IMG/VR virus record: IMGVR_UViG_3300045051_000978
Location: 62,922-126,921 of that record
Length of the DNA: 64,000 nt
From: a virus
Strand: one strand, 5' to 3'
The notes under the pieces are model-generated. The model did not search any database, was not told where the DNA came from, and saw nothing but the letters and a program-made list of their open reading frames with translations. Made by a program: the position numbers and the translations under genes. Position 1 is the stretch's first letter. Each line of letters begins with the position of its first letter. Below, one piece after another: positions 26,908 through 37,942 of this stretch.

Positions 26908-28291
26908 TCAGTTTCGCACGATGTCCTTGACCGGCGTGATGTCGATCTCGCCGATGCTGCTCAGGTCGTTCTTATCCCCCACGCCGAGAACGCGCTGGCT
27001 GTACAAGCCGCAACGCAGACAACGTCTCCGCTGGAAGATCGTGTAGCCGTGAGCGTGCGACAGCATCCACTTCGACCACTTGTGCATGAACGGAAAGCAT
27101 CTTTTCATGGCGTATACGGAATCAGTTTAAGGTCGTAATCGTCAACCACGCCAGTCTCCCAGTCCCTGCGCTCGTTGCACGCGATGACCGTGTACAGCCC
27201 GTCTTCAACCGAGTCCAGGTTCACGATCATCTGCGCAGCCAGGTCAGCCCCAACAGCGCTGATCTCCTCTTCCAGAAGGCATGCCTGCGGCCCCGAGAGT
27301 TTACGCATGAAGCTCACGTCGCGCCTGACGGAAAGCCCGCGGCGCGTCGCCCAAGTGGACGTGCGCACGCGCACCACGGTGCGGTACAGCCGCTCCTTCG
27401 TCTCATCCACCGGATCGAGTTCCAGGTTCATACGCCAAGCTTCTGCCGCAGCGCGGACCACGCGGCGTCGGTCGGCTCAGCAAGGACGCCCATGCGGTGC
27501 AGCAGCATGATCTGGTAATCCCGTGCGCCGCGGCACAAGTGCGTCTCAGGCTTCCCGTGCAAACGAGGATGGTGGCAAACCTGCGAAGTCTTCAAAACGC
27601 GTGCCTCCACCTTCGCACGAACCTGCCTGTCGCCTCGCGGTCCGAACGGGCACGTCGGACAACACTTGGCCATCACCTGCATATCCCTGACGATCACTTC
27701 ATCCATTGCCTGAGCTGTTTGCTGAGCCGGCCGTAACGTCGCGCACGGCGCATCAACTGTTCGTGTTCAAACGAGCGCGGAGCAAAGCCGCTCGCCTTCA
27801 GACGAGCGGCTTGTTCTGCCTCAGCCAGTGCCCGCAGCAACGTAGGACTCTGCCTACGCACCGCGTACCCGAGCGTCGCGGCTTCAAAGTCTTCCAGCAG
27901 CGATGACGTGCTCGAAGTCTTCGGTTCGGAAGGCATAGTGGATGGCGGCGCGGCTCATCTGGGCATCCAGAGGGTGCACGTTGCGCTGAACCAGGGCTTG
28001 GATGCGCTCGCGCACTTTGTTGACGGCCTTCTTGAACGCCGCCTCGGTCTTGATCTGCTGGTTCCAGGAGACGCTGATGTGAACCACGCGCAGGACGCCG
28101 TCTGCGTCTACGGACGCAATCATGCGCATGCCGTCACGCCAGTCGAACACGTGCTTACGCAGCTGACCAGGGCGCTTGACGAGGCCGGCAACGACAGCGC
28201 CAGTCTGCACGTCCGGGTAGAGAGCCTTCGGAAAGCGCTCCCTGATCTCCTTGTCGGTTTCCGGCTCAAAGGGTAGGCGCTCGTCGCTCAT
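26908..28291 (-). other. Run of small coupled hypothetical ORFs (26908-27108, 27105-27431, 27428-27706, 27884-28291)
   Basis: ATGA overlaps; Cys-rich small proteins typical of phage early regions. Confidence 0.5.
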
Positions 28292-28293
28292 GG

Positions 28294-29094
28294 CTACGCC
28301 TCCAGACCCAGCACCAAATCGTCTACATTTTCAACGACAAACTGCGCGAGACGCAGCGGAGCGTCCGCATCCATCTTGCCCTCGGCATCCGGCTTGGCCG
28401 CAGCAGCGAGGCGGGCCAGCTCGAACCGAAGGCGCTTCGCGTTCAGGACCATGTCCACCGCAGCCATCACGTTGGGGAAATGCTCCTCGATGATCGGCCG
28501 CACCGCGTTGGCCACCTGCCGGTGCTCCTTCTGCGTGGTCGGCTCCTCGCGCACCATCAGGTAGTGAATCCAGGACCGGATGCTGCCCTTCATGTAAAGG
28601 CGCGTGCGCGTCGAAAGCGGCAGAACGAACCGAGCCGTTTCGTTGGATGCACCACGCTCGATGCACTCCTCGTACAGGAGAAACGAGCGGGAGATGTGAT
28701 CGGTGACGCGCTCGTCCAGGGCCACGTTGCCCAAGGGCTCCTCGCTCGATTGCCGGCTGGTCGCGCCCGGCTTGCGCAACTCGATGGGCTCCGACTGCGT
28801 GACCTTGGCATACCGCTGGCTGAACTCCTGGAAGCGAAAGGAGTGGTGGCGCAAAATCTGCGCAGCGATGGCCCGGCTCGTGGTGATCTCCACCGTCACA
28901 TCCGCCTGATCGAACACCGACCAGTGCTTCTTGCGGATGCAGTAGGCAAGGAGGCGCGGAGCCGTGGCCGTGTTGAGCTGGTTGTTCGGATTGCTGACGC
29001 GTGCTTCGTAAACAATCAGCTGCTCTGCTGTCAGCTCCTGGCCGTCTTCGTCGCGGACAAAGGACTTGGTGATGGAAGCAATGGTGACGTTCAT
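28294..29094 (-). CDS. thyX: Flavin-dependent thymidylate synthase
   Basis: ARVSNP, HWSVF, RAIAAQILRHHSFRFQEFSQRY, ARFVLP, TQKEHR; ATGA-coupled start at 29094. Confidence 0.92.
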   Translation of the reverse strand: MNVTIASITKSFVRDEDGQELTAEQLIVYEARVSNPNNQLNTATAPRLLAYCIRKKHWSVFDQADVTVEITTSRAIAAQILRHHSFRFQEFSQRYAKVTQSEPIELRKPGATSRQSSEEPLGNVALDERVTDHISRSFLLYEECIERGASNETARFVLPLSTRTRLYMKGSIRSWIHYLMVREEPTTQKEHRQVANAVRPIIEEHFPNVMAAVDMVLNAKRLRFELARLAAAAKPDAEGKMDADAPLRLAQFVVENVDDLVLGLEA

Positions 29095-29399
29095 ACGGGA
29101 GTTTGGTTTTCGGGTACTAGAACAGCGTCGATCTGGCTCTGAAGCACTGGGTCGCTGACATGCGGACGAACTGTACACAAAACCACCAGGACCTGCGCAA
29201 GCTTTCTGCGCAGCTGTTCGATTTCGCGTTTGGCAGATTGCGCGTACCCGGCACCATCGAGCAGCTCCTCGGTCTGGTGATCCAGCCACTGCTCAATGGT
29301 GAGGTCCTTGCGGTCGAGGCTTACCCCGTACTTCCTCAACCCGGTCGCGTCGCGCTCAAGAAGACGACCAATCAGATTCTCCGTTACCTTAGACGCCAT
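29091..29399 (-). CDS. Phage protein, possibly an all-alpha NTP pyrophosphatase
   Basis: GLRKYGVSLDRKDL...WLDHQTEELLDGAGY; adjacent to thyX. Confidence 0.5.
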   Translation of the reverse strand: MASKVTENLIGRLLERDATGLRKYGVSLDRKDLTIEQWLDHQTEELLDGAGYAQSAKREIEQLRRKLAQVLVVLCTVRPHVSDPVLQSQIDAVLVPENQTPV

Positions 29400-29404
29400 G
29401 CTCC

Positions 29405-31022
29405 CTAGAACGCGGCATCCGGATCGATGCGCGAGTACCAGAGGGAAAGCATATAAGCGACCGCGGCAACCTTGTGCCGATAGCTGACGTGGAACGAACC
29501 CAACACGGCGCGCAGGTGGCGCATGGCTACCCTGTGGTCAATGCCGTCCTTGGGCTCGTAAACAGTTGCTTGAGGCAGCCCGTCGTAAAACCAGCGACTG
29601 GCCAGGACGTGCCAAGCGTTGGTGGTATCGTAGAATTCGGCAGGAATCGCCTCTTCGCCTGGAAGCAATGTTGCCGATTGCGTGGGTAACGCGGTGTCGA
29701 AGTCGCTTACCTCTTGTGGCTGGATTGGGATAGCCATCGAGTGATAGCCGCCGGGCTCTGATCTTCGAGCTTCCGAACAGCGATGTTGTCCTCAGGACTG
29801 AATCGACGGTGGTCGCCACGCACCTCGCACATCAAACCCGCGTTTGGGTAACACAGGGTGACCTCACCTGAGGCTAAACGCGCCTCGTAGAAGTCTTTGT
29901 CGTAATCCCCGTCCCACGCGCCGAATTCAGGCATAGCTCAAAACGTGTCCGTACTCAACATAGGTAGCGAGGCTGCGTTTCGTTTACACAAAACTGTTGC
30001 AGCTGTTCGCAGGCTCGCCGATGTCGCCCAGTGCCGTGAGGTTGATTTTGCCGATCAAGCGGCGCAGGACAGCTCGATCCGCCTTGGTGACGCGCCAGAG
30101 CAGGGTCCTGTACGGGCTGCGCACTCCCCAAGTCGTGAGGTTGGTGACGTGAATTCGCAGCGTTCCGCGCTGCTGTAACGTCAACCAGGTCATGGGGATA
30201 GTTGCCGAAGCCTCTACGGCAACTGACCGGGCTGGATGTCGAACCTTCTTCGATGGCCGCTCTCCACCCAGATGCCCGCGATGTGGTTTCCGTCCTTGTG
30301 CGCGTGCACGCTTTCCAGGAGGCCGTTTTCGTCGCCTTGTGTCCATGTTCCAGTCTGGGTTGCCGGTGTGATGCGCAGCTTGTATCGGATTGGCCGGCGC
30401 GTCCGCTCGTCGATGCCCTTGCAGAATGAAGCCTCGAATGCCTCCGGCCGCTGCTGCACCCATTCCAGCTGGCAGGTTTCGACTGCGCCTCGGCTGTCGA
30501 ACTCAGACAGCTTGATGTTCCACGGCTGGGGTGAAGGCTCGGTTGTCGGTGTCGTCATAAACGGTGAACTGATCGAGGTTGATGCCCGTGCAGAACTCGC
30601 GCAGGTCGTGCAGGAGCGCCTCTGTTGAAAAATACTGGCGCGTGTTGATGGCAATGGCGGTGCCATTCAACTCGAACCGGAACCCGTAAGTTCCAGGCAC
30701 GTACTCGAACAGCACCAGCTTCAGCATTCCATCCTCCAGAACGTCATTGGAGGTTGAGCTGCCACTTCGGGCTGTAGGGGTCTGCGGCGTCAGGGGTGAG
30801 GGGCTTGAGGGCATCGATGATCTTCTGGGTGGCTTTCCAGTCCACGCGCTTGACGTTCTTGCCCGGCGGGCGAAACACGAGATGCAGCTCGTGCCGACCT
30901 TCATCGACCAGGGTACGGAACTGGAACACACGATCCGGGAAGCCCGGCCTGTGGACCAGGACATGGTCGCCTTGAAGCTGCGTGATTGTCTCGCGTTGGG
31001 TCAGATCGAGAACAGGTCGCAT
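29405..31022 (-). other. Run of small hypothetical ORFs (29405-29737, 29707-29934, 30214-30557, 30503-30730, 30744-31022)
   Basis: Tightly packed ORFs with no recognisable domains; some start positions are approximate. Confidence 0.45.
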
Positions 31023-31103
31023 GGACTGAAGAACGGTTTTTGAAGTTGACCGGCGTGCTCAAAGTGTTTACATTTTTCGAGGACGACGCAAGCCCTTTCA
31101 ACC

Positions 31104-34100
31104 ATGACCACACGAGACCCGAGAAACGACCCGCAGCCTGGAGACGTGATCCGCAAAGGCACCGCCCACCGCGTCATCGAGCGGCACGTCCTTCGCGTCC
31201 ACGAGAACAACGTCTACTACCGCACGTCCAACTCTCAAATCGAGAAGTGCGCCTGGATCACGACGTGGCGCACGTGGGCCAGGGACGCTTCCGTCGTCAA
31301 CAAGTCCTGAGCCATGGCCAGAGGCAAAAAGGACCGCAAGGTCGAGACGATCCATCACCGGTCAGGGGTGAAGGTGGACATCATGTTCGACCCGAACCCT
31401 GGCGGTGAGTACGGGCTCACCTTCAGTGCGCGTGTTGGCGACAAATGGTTTCGCGAGCCGAGCGCTGCTGCCATCAAGCGCGCCGTCTACAAGTACCTGG
31501 ACGAGCAGGTTCAGATGACATGGATTCCCGTGATCATCGTTTCCGAAATCGCACCCTTCCACCCTGGGACCGCTTCTTTCGTCGGCATCGAGGTCACACG
31601 TGCCTACATGGCCAACGGTGCTGATGGTGCTGTCCGCCGGCTCAACTGGGACGACTACCACGCCGAAGCCAACACGTTCGCCGGTCCTTCCGAAGGGGAA
31701 AACGTGGACGCTTGGCGGCTCCTACGCGCCCAAACGGCGTACCTGGGCATCAAGAGCGTGCCTGACGGCCTACCCTTCGTCACCAAGAGCAGCGACAAGG
31801 AGACGCGCATCCTGCCGTACACGGAAGAATTGTACACAGGACTCGTCGAGATCGACCGCGGCATCGAGCGTCTGCGCGAGAAGCTGCGCGAGCTGCTTGG
31901 CAACAAGGATGGCTGGTCACGGATCGCCGAGATCGGCAGCCAGATGATGAGGATGCTTCCGGCTCCGACTGAAAATGAAGGCGAGTGAAATCACCGTCGG
32001 CCGGGTCTACACGAACGGGCGCACCTTCCGGTGTGTCCTGGCCGTAGACGACGCCGGCAAGGTCCAGGTGGCCGAGGTGCAGCAGGGGCAGCCCAGGACG
32101 ACCACCATGCGACGCTGGATCGGCAGGACGACGCTGGCGCGATGGGCGGTCCGCGACGCCCTCTGGAGCCAGTGCTGCAATGTCCCCTACGACATCGTTG
32201 GCAGGACGACGCTGCACGCCAGATGCCCTACCTGTGGAGAATCCTGCGACCCATGATTGCCTACATCGGCTGCCTTAGGAACACGCACACGGACGAGGTC
32301 GAACTCATCCGCAAGCTCTGCGCATTCGAGGGAATCATGGTGTTCGAGATGCCTGTCCAACACCTCAAAACCTACTACAAGGGCGGACGGCCAGTCGTCG
32401 TGTACGGCAACGAATTCATCGACGTACCCAGCGAGCGCCGCGTTGTCGTTTACGGTTTCTATGCTTTTGTCGAGCACCTCACCAAGCACGGTTTGATTCG
32501 CGCATGAACGCACCAGGAAAAACCAGGCACAAGAAGCTTCTGATCGCCCTAGGCAGGCCCAAGCACTTTCTGTTTACGGTCATGAACCGACAGCGGCGGG
32601 CCTGCGGTGCAATGTCCGGAGAAGGTACCACCGACAAGAGTGAGGTCGATTGCCTTCAGTGCCGTAAAACCGTAGCCTTCAAGGAGAGCTGACGCATGAA
32701 CCCACGAGGCCGACTCATTGCCCAGTGGTACGTGTTCTGCAACCTCTGTTCCAACCAGCACCTGCTTGGAAAGCCGCGTACAACTTCAGTCAAGGAGGCT
32801 GAAAAGCGCATTCGGGCTGATGGCTGGGTCTCGCACCGCGAAATGGTCATGGGCGAGCGCCTGACCTACTGGACCTGCCCGTCTTGCGCGGCAGATCGCA
32901 AACGCTTCTTCGAGCGCGAGAAAGCGATTCGTCAACGCCGGCAATCTCGATCCTGAAAGGCAGCCATGACCGAAAAAGAATGTGAGGGTATCTTCACCAC
33001 GGCCGGCATTCCGTTTACGCACAAATGGGAGCTGATGAACCAGTATTGGCCTCGTGCGTATCCCGACATGATCCTCAACAGCCCCTGGTGGCTCGTGGAG
33101 ACGCCTATGGGCCTGATCCGCATTGGCTGGAGAAAGCGCGTGATCGAGATCGACTGGTCGCACACGCGCTTCGAGCACAAGGTGACCACGGACAGCGTCA
33201 CCATCAGCAACACGAGCGTGCACGCCTGGGAAATGCCGAAGGCCGCTGAGTACCTGAAGAATCTGTATACGGCTTGGTTGTCCCTGCCGAGTCAGCGCAA
33301 GTGCGCAGTCGATGGGTGTACCCAGCACGCGTCCTGTGAGCTGGCTGTCGAAGGTGAATGGTTCCCTGTCTGCACCACACATTCGACCAACGTGCTCATG
33401 CCGCGTCGCCAGCTTCAACTCCAGTAATCCGATGGCCTTCGAGATCAAGCCAGACCGCTACTTCATCGGCATGTGGCATTACCCGTTGCCGCCACTGCTC
33501 TCGGAGTACGGCAAGGGCGGCAACGTCTGCTGCATGGTCTGGCGCGATCCAGGGATGCCGCCGGATACCTGGACGCTTCAGTTTCGATTTCGGCACTACA
33601 AGGACGACCGCGTCTTCGAGCACAGCGACAAGATGTCCTGGTACATTGGCACGCTCAACGGCGCAGAAGCCGACATCGAGAAGCGCGTGGGGATCGTCTA
33701 CAACATCCAGACTATTGCTGCCGGCAGCACGCTCGACTTCTATCCGCTTCACTGCACTGGCGATGAAGCGTTGACCAAGTTTCAGGAGAAACCGCCGTAC
33801 TGGATGCACATCCAGCAGGCCCTTGCCGAATGACACGCTACCCTCGACGTGAGATGGTGCGCTACCGCCGTGTGCGGCTGAAGCGCGTCCAACGGCTCCA
33901 CCCCTTTCCGGCCGACGGCGTTCCCGTTGCCTCCTGGCGCGAACTCCAGGACGGCAGCGTCGAATGCACAACGCCCGCCGGCCGGAAACACATCTACGCA
34001 CCCAACCGAATCACCTGGACCCTGCGATGAGCAAAAACGACATCCGAGTTGCCCTATCCCCGCTCAGCGGGCGCGTTTACGCGGGGCGCGTCAACAAAGA

Positions 34101-34359
34101 CGGCATGACCTGGCGCGAGGGGCACAAATGGGATGTGACCGGCGACGTGATTCGTGCCGTGGTGCACCTTCTGGAGAGAGGCCCGCACCTGGTTCGTGTT
34201 GACAACGAGCCAACCTACGTCCTCAAACTGGAGAAGATTTCGAGCGGCGGTGTGGAAGCCCAGTCCCAAGCGGGAAAGGCGGCGTCAGCAGCTCCCGGGC
34301 TCCGGAAGCGCTCGTCGGGACACACCGGACCACGCAGGCGGACAAAAGGCACTACGTGA
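31104..34359 (+). other. Operon of about 10 small hypothetical ORFs (31104, 31314, 31975, 32253, 32504, 32696, 32966, 33432, 33830, 34027)
   Basis: Overlapping starts and stops; several Zn-finger-like CxxC pairs. Confidence 0.55.
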
Positions 34360-34504
34360 TTGCCCCAGCGCTTGGCGGCTGCCTACTCGGAGGCAGCGGA
34401 AGAGCCCGCGGGTGATCAGCCACGCGTGATGCGTCTGTCATACGGTCCGCAGCAGCCAGGCCGAGCAACCTGCCTGTCGCTGGGGTAGCGCCCAGCCCGC
34501 TCGA
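34240..34504 (+). ncRNA. Candidate ~265-nt structured RNA with a tRNA-like closing architecture
   Basis: TCGAGCGG/CCGCTCGA closing stem; CGGTGTG/CACACCG; GCTGCCT/AGGCAGC; GCTGGG-gtagcg-CCCAGC next to the 3' closing strand. Confidence 0.45.
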
Positions 34505-34627
34505 TTACTTCTCCACCACGTGAACGACAGCCGTCGTGGTCGCCTGATGCACGATGACGATCACGGCAACCGCCGCAGCGAACGAAATCAGTGCCATCAG
34601 CGCCAGTTTGAGATTCTCCCTGTTCAT
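34505..34627 (-). CDS. 40-aa single-TM membrane peptide, not in the ORF track
   Basis: MNRENLKLALMALISFAAAVAVIVIVHQ...; ATGA-coupled to the 34624 stop. Confidence 0.5.
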   Translation of the reverse strand: MNRENLKLALMALISFAAAVAVIVIVHQATTTAVVHVVEK

Positions 34628-35385
34628 TTGCGCGTGATGATGTTGTCGATCCCGCCGAAGTAGTTCAAGTCGTTGTTGCTCGCAGTACCGCCCGCCGGAT
34701 GGCAGATGTAAACGGCGGTCATCGTGGTCGCAGCACCTGAGTTGAAACGCGTGTCCCCGGTGTAGTCGATCATCAGGACGCCGTTGTACGTGACCTTGAT
34801 GAAGCCGGACAGGCCAAGCCTAATTTCGTAGCGAATGCCACGCCAATTACCTGCATCGGGCGTGATCGCACCCGTCAGCGTCGGAAGAACGCCTGATGCG
34901 GGAGCCGCAGAATCTCCGGCCGTACTGTTCAACCAGACACCGAACACATTGGTGCTTCGTATACCGAATGCGTGCCAGCGCGTGCCGTTGCCGATGGTCA
35001 GCCACCCTGCGATAGACGAGCTGTAGCCCTGCGTTGCGTCCTGCTTCGCGTACCCGCCGAGGCTTGGAAACTTCACATCGGAATCGATGCGTAGATCGGT
35101 GGTGATGCCCTGGTTGGTGAGGTACGTGCTATTCAGGATCGTCTGCGTCCTGAACAACGAATTCTGGCTACCTCCCACCTGTGACTGCGTTGGAAAACGC
35201 AACGCTTGACCGCCATTTTGGCCGGTCCAAATAACAGGCGAATAGCCAAAGTCACCACCGAACGACCAGCCGGTCGCCGGGCTGACGACGCCGCTTTCAA
35301 AGCCGGCCGTATGCAGGAGCGTCCACACCTTGGACGTGATGCGCTTCGATCTCGAAAGCCCGCGTGGACCGATGACCAGGCTCAT
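34624..35385 (-). CDS. Putative lectin/concanavalin-like virion protein
   Basis: Beta-rich; WRGIRYEIRLG..GFIKV..NG....DYTGDTR...IDNI. Confidence 0.55.
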   Translation of the reverse strand: MSLVIGPRGLSRSKRITSKVWTLLHTAGFESGVVSPATGWSFGGDFGYSPVIWTGQNGGQALRFPTQSQVGGSQNSLFRTQTILNSTYLTNQGITTDLRIDSDVKFPSLGGYAKQDATQGYSSSIAGWLTIGNGTRWHAFGIRSTNVFGVWLNSTAGDSAAPASGVLPTLTGAITPDAGNWRGIRYEIRLGLSGFIKVTYNGVLMIDYTGDTRFNSGAATTMTAVYICHPAGGTASNNDLNYFGGIDNIITRK

Positions 35386-35798
35386 GCTGCGGTGTCTCCT
35401 GTGAGGAGGAAGTCGTTCGTTCCGTGTGCGAAGAGCGTCACCACCGCGTACTGCGCGGCGGTCTTGGTGTGGGACTGGCTGTTTCGGACGGTGGCACCGC
35501 TGCCGGTGACGGTGACCTGGCCCGCTCCGAGCTGGGTGAGCGCGACGCTGAAGCCCTGGCGCAGCCCTGACGGCACCGTGACAGCGATGGCCCCAGCGTT
35601 GTTCATCAGCAGCGTTCGCCCGTCGTCCGTCGATTGAATCGTATACGCGGTGCCGTTCTGCGTCGCAATCGTAGACGCCGGAACGGTTGTCCCGTCTGAC
35701 GTGCTTGTTCCGGTGGACGAACTCGTGTAAACGACAGCCGCGCCGTCGGCTTTTGACGGATCGGGCACAGGAGTAGTTGGCAAGCCTTGTCGCGACAT
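35382..35798 (-). CDS. Tail-fibre-associated small structural protein
   Basis: YTIQSTDDGRTLLMNNAGAIAVTVPSGL..GFSV...QLGAGQVTV...TAAQYAVVTL...LTGD. Confidence 0.65.
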   Translation of the reverse strand: MSRQGLPTTPVPDPSKADGAAVVYTSSSTGTSTSDGTTVPASTIATQNGTAYTIQSTDDGRTLLMNNAGAIAVTVPSGLRQGFSVALTQLGAGQVTVTGSGATVRNSQSHTKTAAQYAVVTLFAHGTNDFLLTGDTAA

Positions 35799-35804
35799 GA
35801 CATC

Positions 35805-35812
35805 CTAAATAG
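35805..35812. promoter_or_regulatory. Bidirectional CTANNTAG element
   Basis: CTAAATAG reads TATTTAG-N6-ATG(35798) on minus and TAAATAG-N3-GTG(35816) on plus. Confidence 0.55.
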
Positions 35813-35815
35813 ACG

Positions 35816-36586
35816 GTGACCCTTTTCACGCCCATCTGCGAACGGTGTACCCTCTTGCCGTACTACCTCAGGTACTACCAACGCCTTGGGATCGATCAGT
35901 TTGTCCTGGCACTCTGGAACGGGCCGGACAATCCGGAGATCGAGGCCATCCGAGCGTTCAGCCAGGGCTACAACGTGAAGATCGAAACCTCCGTGCGCTG
36001 CGCGTATGAGGACTACTGCGGGCCGGCTGAGACGAATGGGCTGAACGACCTGCGCGAGCGCTACGTCCGCGCCGACGAGTGGTACGTCATCGCCGACCTG
36101 GACGAGTTCTGCTGGTTCGGTGGCTATCCTCTGACCGAGCTGCCCCGGATCGCCGAGGAACGGGGCTTCCTGGCCGTCCACGGGCGTTTCCACGACCGCC
36201 TGGGTGAGAACGGCCGGCTCATGCCCGTGCCTGTCAACGGCAGCCTGGACAACACGTACCCGTGGCAGGTCTGGCTCACCAACCGAACAGGAGCCTGCCA
36301 CGACAAGGTCTGCCTGGCGCACAAGAGCGTCCCGATCCACAGCGGGCACCACGAGGCACCTGGCATCGAACGCAGCCAGCTCTGGCACGACCTTCTCGAA
36401 GTCCACCACTTCAAGTGGATCGCGGGCGTTCAGCACGTCCTGCGCGCCCGGCACAAGAACTACGTGCGTCAGGGGCACTACTGGGCCAACGAAAGCCGGG
36501 ATTTCCTCGGCATGCTGAAGGGCGACTGCTTCGACCTGTCCATCCCCGAGCTTGGGGCGCAGCGCGCTCGACGCCTGGGCATCTAG
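35816..36586 (+). CDS. GT-A fold glycosyltransferase (GT2/GT92-like)
   Basis: LLPYYLRYYQRLGID...EWYVIADLDEF...HSGHH...VHHFKW. Confidence 0.75.
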   Translation: MTLFTPICERCTLLPYYLRYYQRLGIDQFVLALWNGPDNPEIEAIRAFSQGYNVKIETSVRCAYEDYCGPAETNGLNDLRERYVRADEWYVIADLDEFCWFGGYPLTELPRIAEERGFLAVHGRFHDRLGENGRLMPVPVNGSLDNTYPWQVWLTNRTGACHDKVCLAHKSVPIHSGHHEAPGIERSQLWHDLLEVHHFKWIAGVQHVLRARHKNYVRQGHYWANESRDFLGMLKGDCFDLSIPELGAQRARRLGI

Positions 36587-36705
36587 CGCTGCATGTCGAA
36601 GTCGGAGCAGGACATGAAGTAGCCGCACCTCGGGCACCGCAGCTTGCACTTCAGCTCGGTCAGCCTACCGCCGCAGTTGAGGCAGTAGAGCCAGTGCTCA
36701 CCCAG
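36583..36705 (-). CDS. Small Zn-finger protein (start codon unclear)
   Basis: CLNCGGRLTELKCKLRCPRCGYFMSCSD. Confidence 0.5.
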   Translation of the reverse strand: MGEHWLYCLNCGGRLTELKCKLRCPRCGYFMSCSDFDMQR

Positions 36706-36707
36706 CT

Positions 36708-37364
36708 CTACGCGTTCAGGCGTATCCAGGTGTCCAGGTACTCCAGCTTGTCCTTCCTGAGCAGGTCCTCTCGCTCCTCCAGGTGCTCGATCTGCTGAAG
36801 AAGCATCGTCACCAGGGGGACAGCTTTGCGAAGCGTCACGCATCGGGAAATCGAATACCTGGGCGAATCGTGGAAGGAGTAGCCGATGCGCGTACCATCC
36901 TCCGCCCACTCGCGGCTGCGCACTCCGATCTGAACCCATTCGTCACCCTCGGATCGAACGGTCACCGACAGGGCCAGTTCCCCGGGCAGCTCCTTCTCGT
37001 AATACTGCGCCCAGTGCTCAGGGCTCGGAGCGAGGCGCGCCACGTCGAAGCCCATCTGGCGCAACATCTGCAATTCCGGAACCTGGTTCCACCTGAACTC
37101 CGGCGTGTCGGCGTAATCGTCCAGGGCGTCGCCGAAATCGACATCCTCGTCTTCCAATAGCGTCTCAACCACTCTGTTGACGTGCTGACGCATCTTCTTG
37201 AAGTGCGCAGCAGCAACGGAAATCGGCATGCGTCGGGGCTCCAGCATCTGCACCAGGCGCGCAATCTCCTGCTGAATGAGCGTCGTGGACTGGCCTGTCG
37301 AGTCGAGCCTATCCAGCTCGGCGCGCAGCTCATCGAGACGATGCTGTATTTGTTTACGGTTCAT
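36708..37364 (-). CDS. Hypothetical protein with an internal VVxxLLE tag
   Basis: HVNRVVETLLEDEDVDFGDALDD. Confidence 0.65.
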   Translation of the reverse strand: MNRKQIQHRLDELRAELDRLDSTGQSTTLIQQEIARLVQMLEPRRMPISVAAAHFKKMRQHVNRVVETLLEDEDVDFGDALDDYADTPEFRWNQVPELQMLRQMGFDVARLAPSPEHWAQYYEKELPGELALSVTVRSEGDEWVQIGVRSREWAEDGTRIGYSFHDSPRYSISRCVTLRKAVPLVTMLLQQIEHLEEREDLLRKDKLEYLDTWIRLNA

Positions 37365-37933
37365 CGAGGCGCGCCGGCTGCATTCGGACCTGGGTTGTTG
37401 CGGCTCACTCCGGCAGCGTTAAACCCGACTCGAAGATTTGTCCCCGCAATCGCCCCATCCGACTGAACACCTTTGCTACTGTCTACGAAATCAAGCACAG
37501 CCGCAGGCGCTAAGGTCTCGATAGGTATAAACAAGGGTGCGTCAACAAGTCCGGTACCAGTCTCGCCGTCAGCAACTCGAAGCTCCACTTCCTTCGACAA
37601 GCCGTCTGTGTTTGGCAGTGCGTTAAACAGCGCTACGAGAGCTGCCGCAGTCAGTGTCGAAGCACCTTCGCTGTCAGTCGGAAAAAGTACGGTTGCTGAA
37701 AACGAATTCGTTTCTATCGTGATAGGCTGGTCAGCACCGAAATTAAGCATGGTCATACCAAACGTGCCACGATCCGGTGCCCGATTGATGATGGTTACGT
37801 TGCTGTTCGGATTCAGCAATCCGCTGGTGGTCGCTGTGCCAGGAACAAGCGTCTTGGCCGAAGATTCAACAGCACCTGCGACGTTGGGGCCTGCGTCGTA
37901 CTGAGCGTTTGGGTTGTTTCGAGCGTAGGCCAT
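37361..37933 (-). CDS. Putative virion structural protein
   Basis: A/G/T/N-rich; TAGTTAG at 37943-49 upstream; lower GC. Confidence 0.55.
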   Translation of the reverse strand: MAYARNNPNAQYDAGPNVAGAVESSAKTLVPGTATTSGLLNPNSNVTIINRAPDRGTFGMTMLNFGADQPITIETNSFSATVLFPTDSEGASTLTAAALVALFNALPNTDGLSKEVELRVADGETGTGLVDAPLFIPIETLAPAAVLDFVDSSKGVQSDGAIAGTNLRVGFNAAGVSRNNPGPNAAGAPR

Positions 37934-37942
37934 AGTCTTTTC

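Noticed and set aside
29091-29399. LIGRLLERD as a member of the IVxxLLE tag family
   Set aside because: It lacks the acidic follow-up, is part of a conserved-looking helical domain, and lies in the nucleotide-metabolism operon. MVRSLLED at 51936 is doubtful for similar reasons.
34240-34504. Canonical tRNA, tmRNA, RNase P or SRP RNA
   Set aside because: No GTTCRA T-loop, no CCA end, and no GAGGAAAGTCC or SRP core. Kept only as an unassigned structured RNA candidate.
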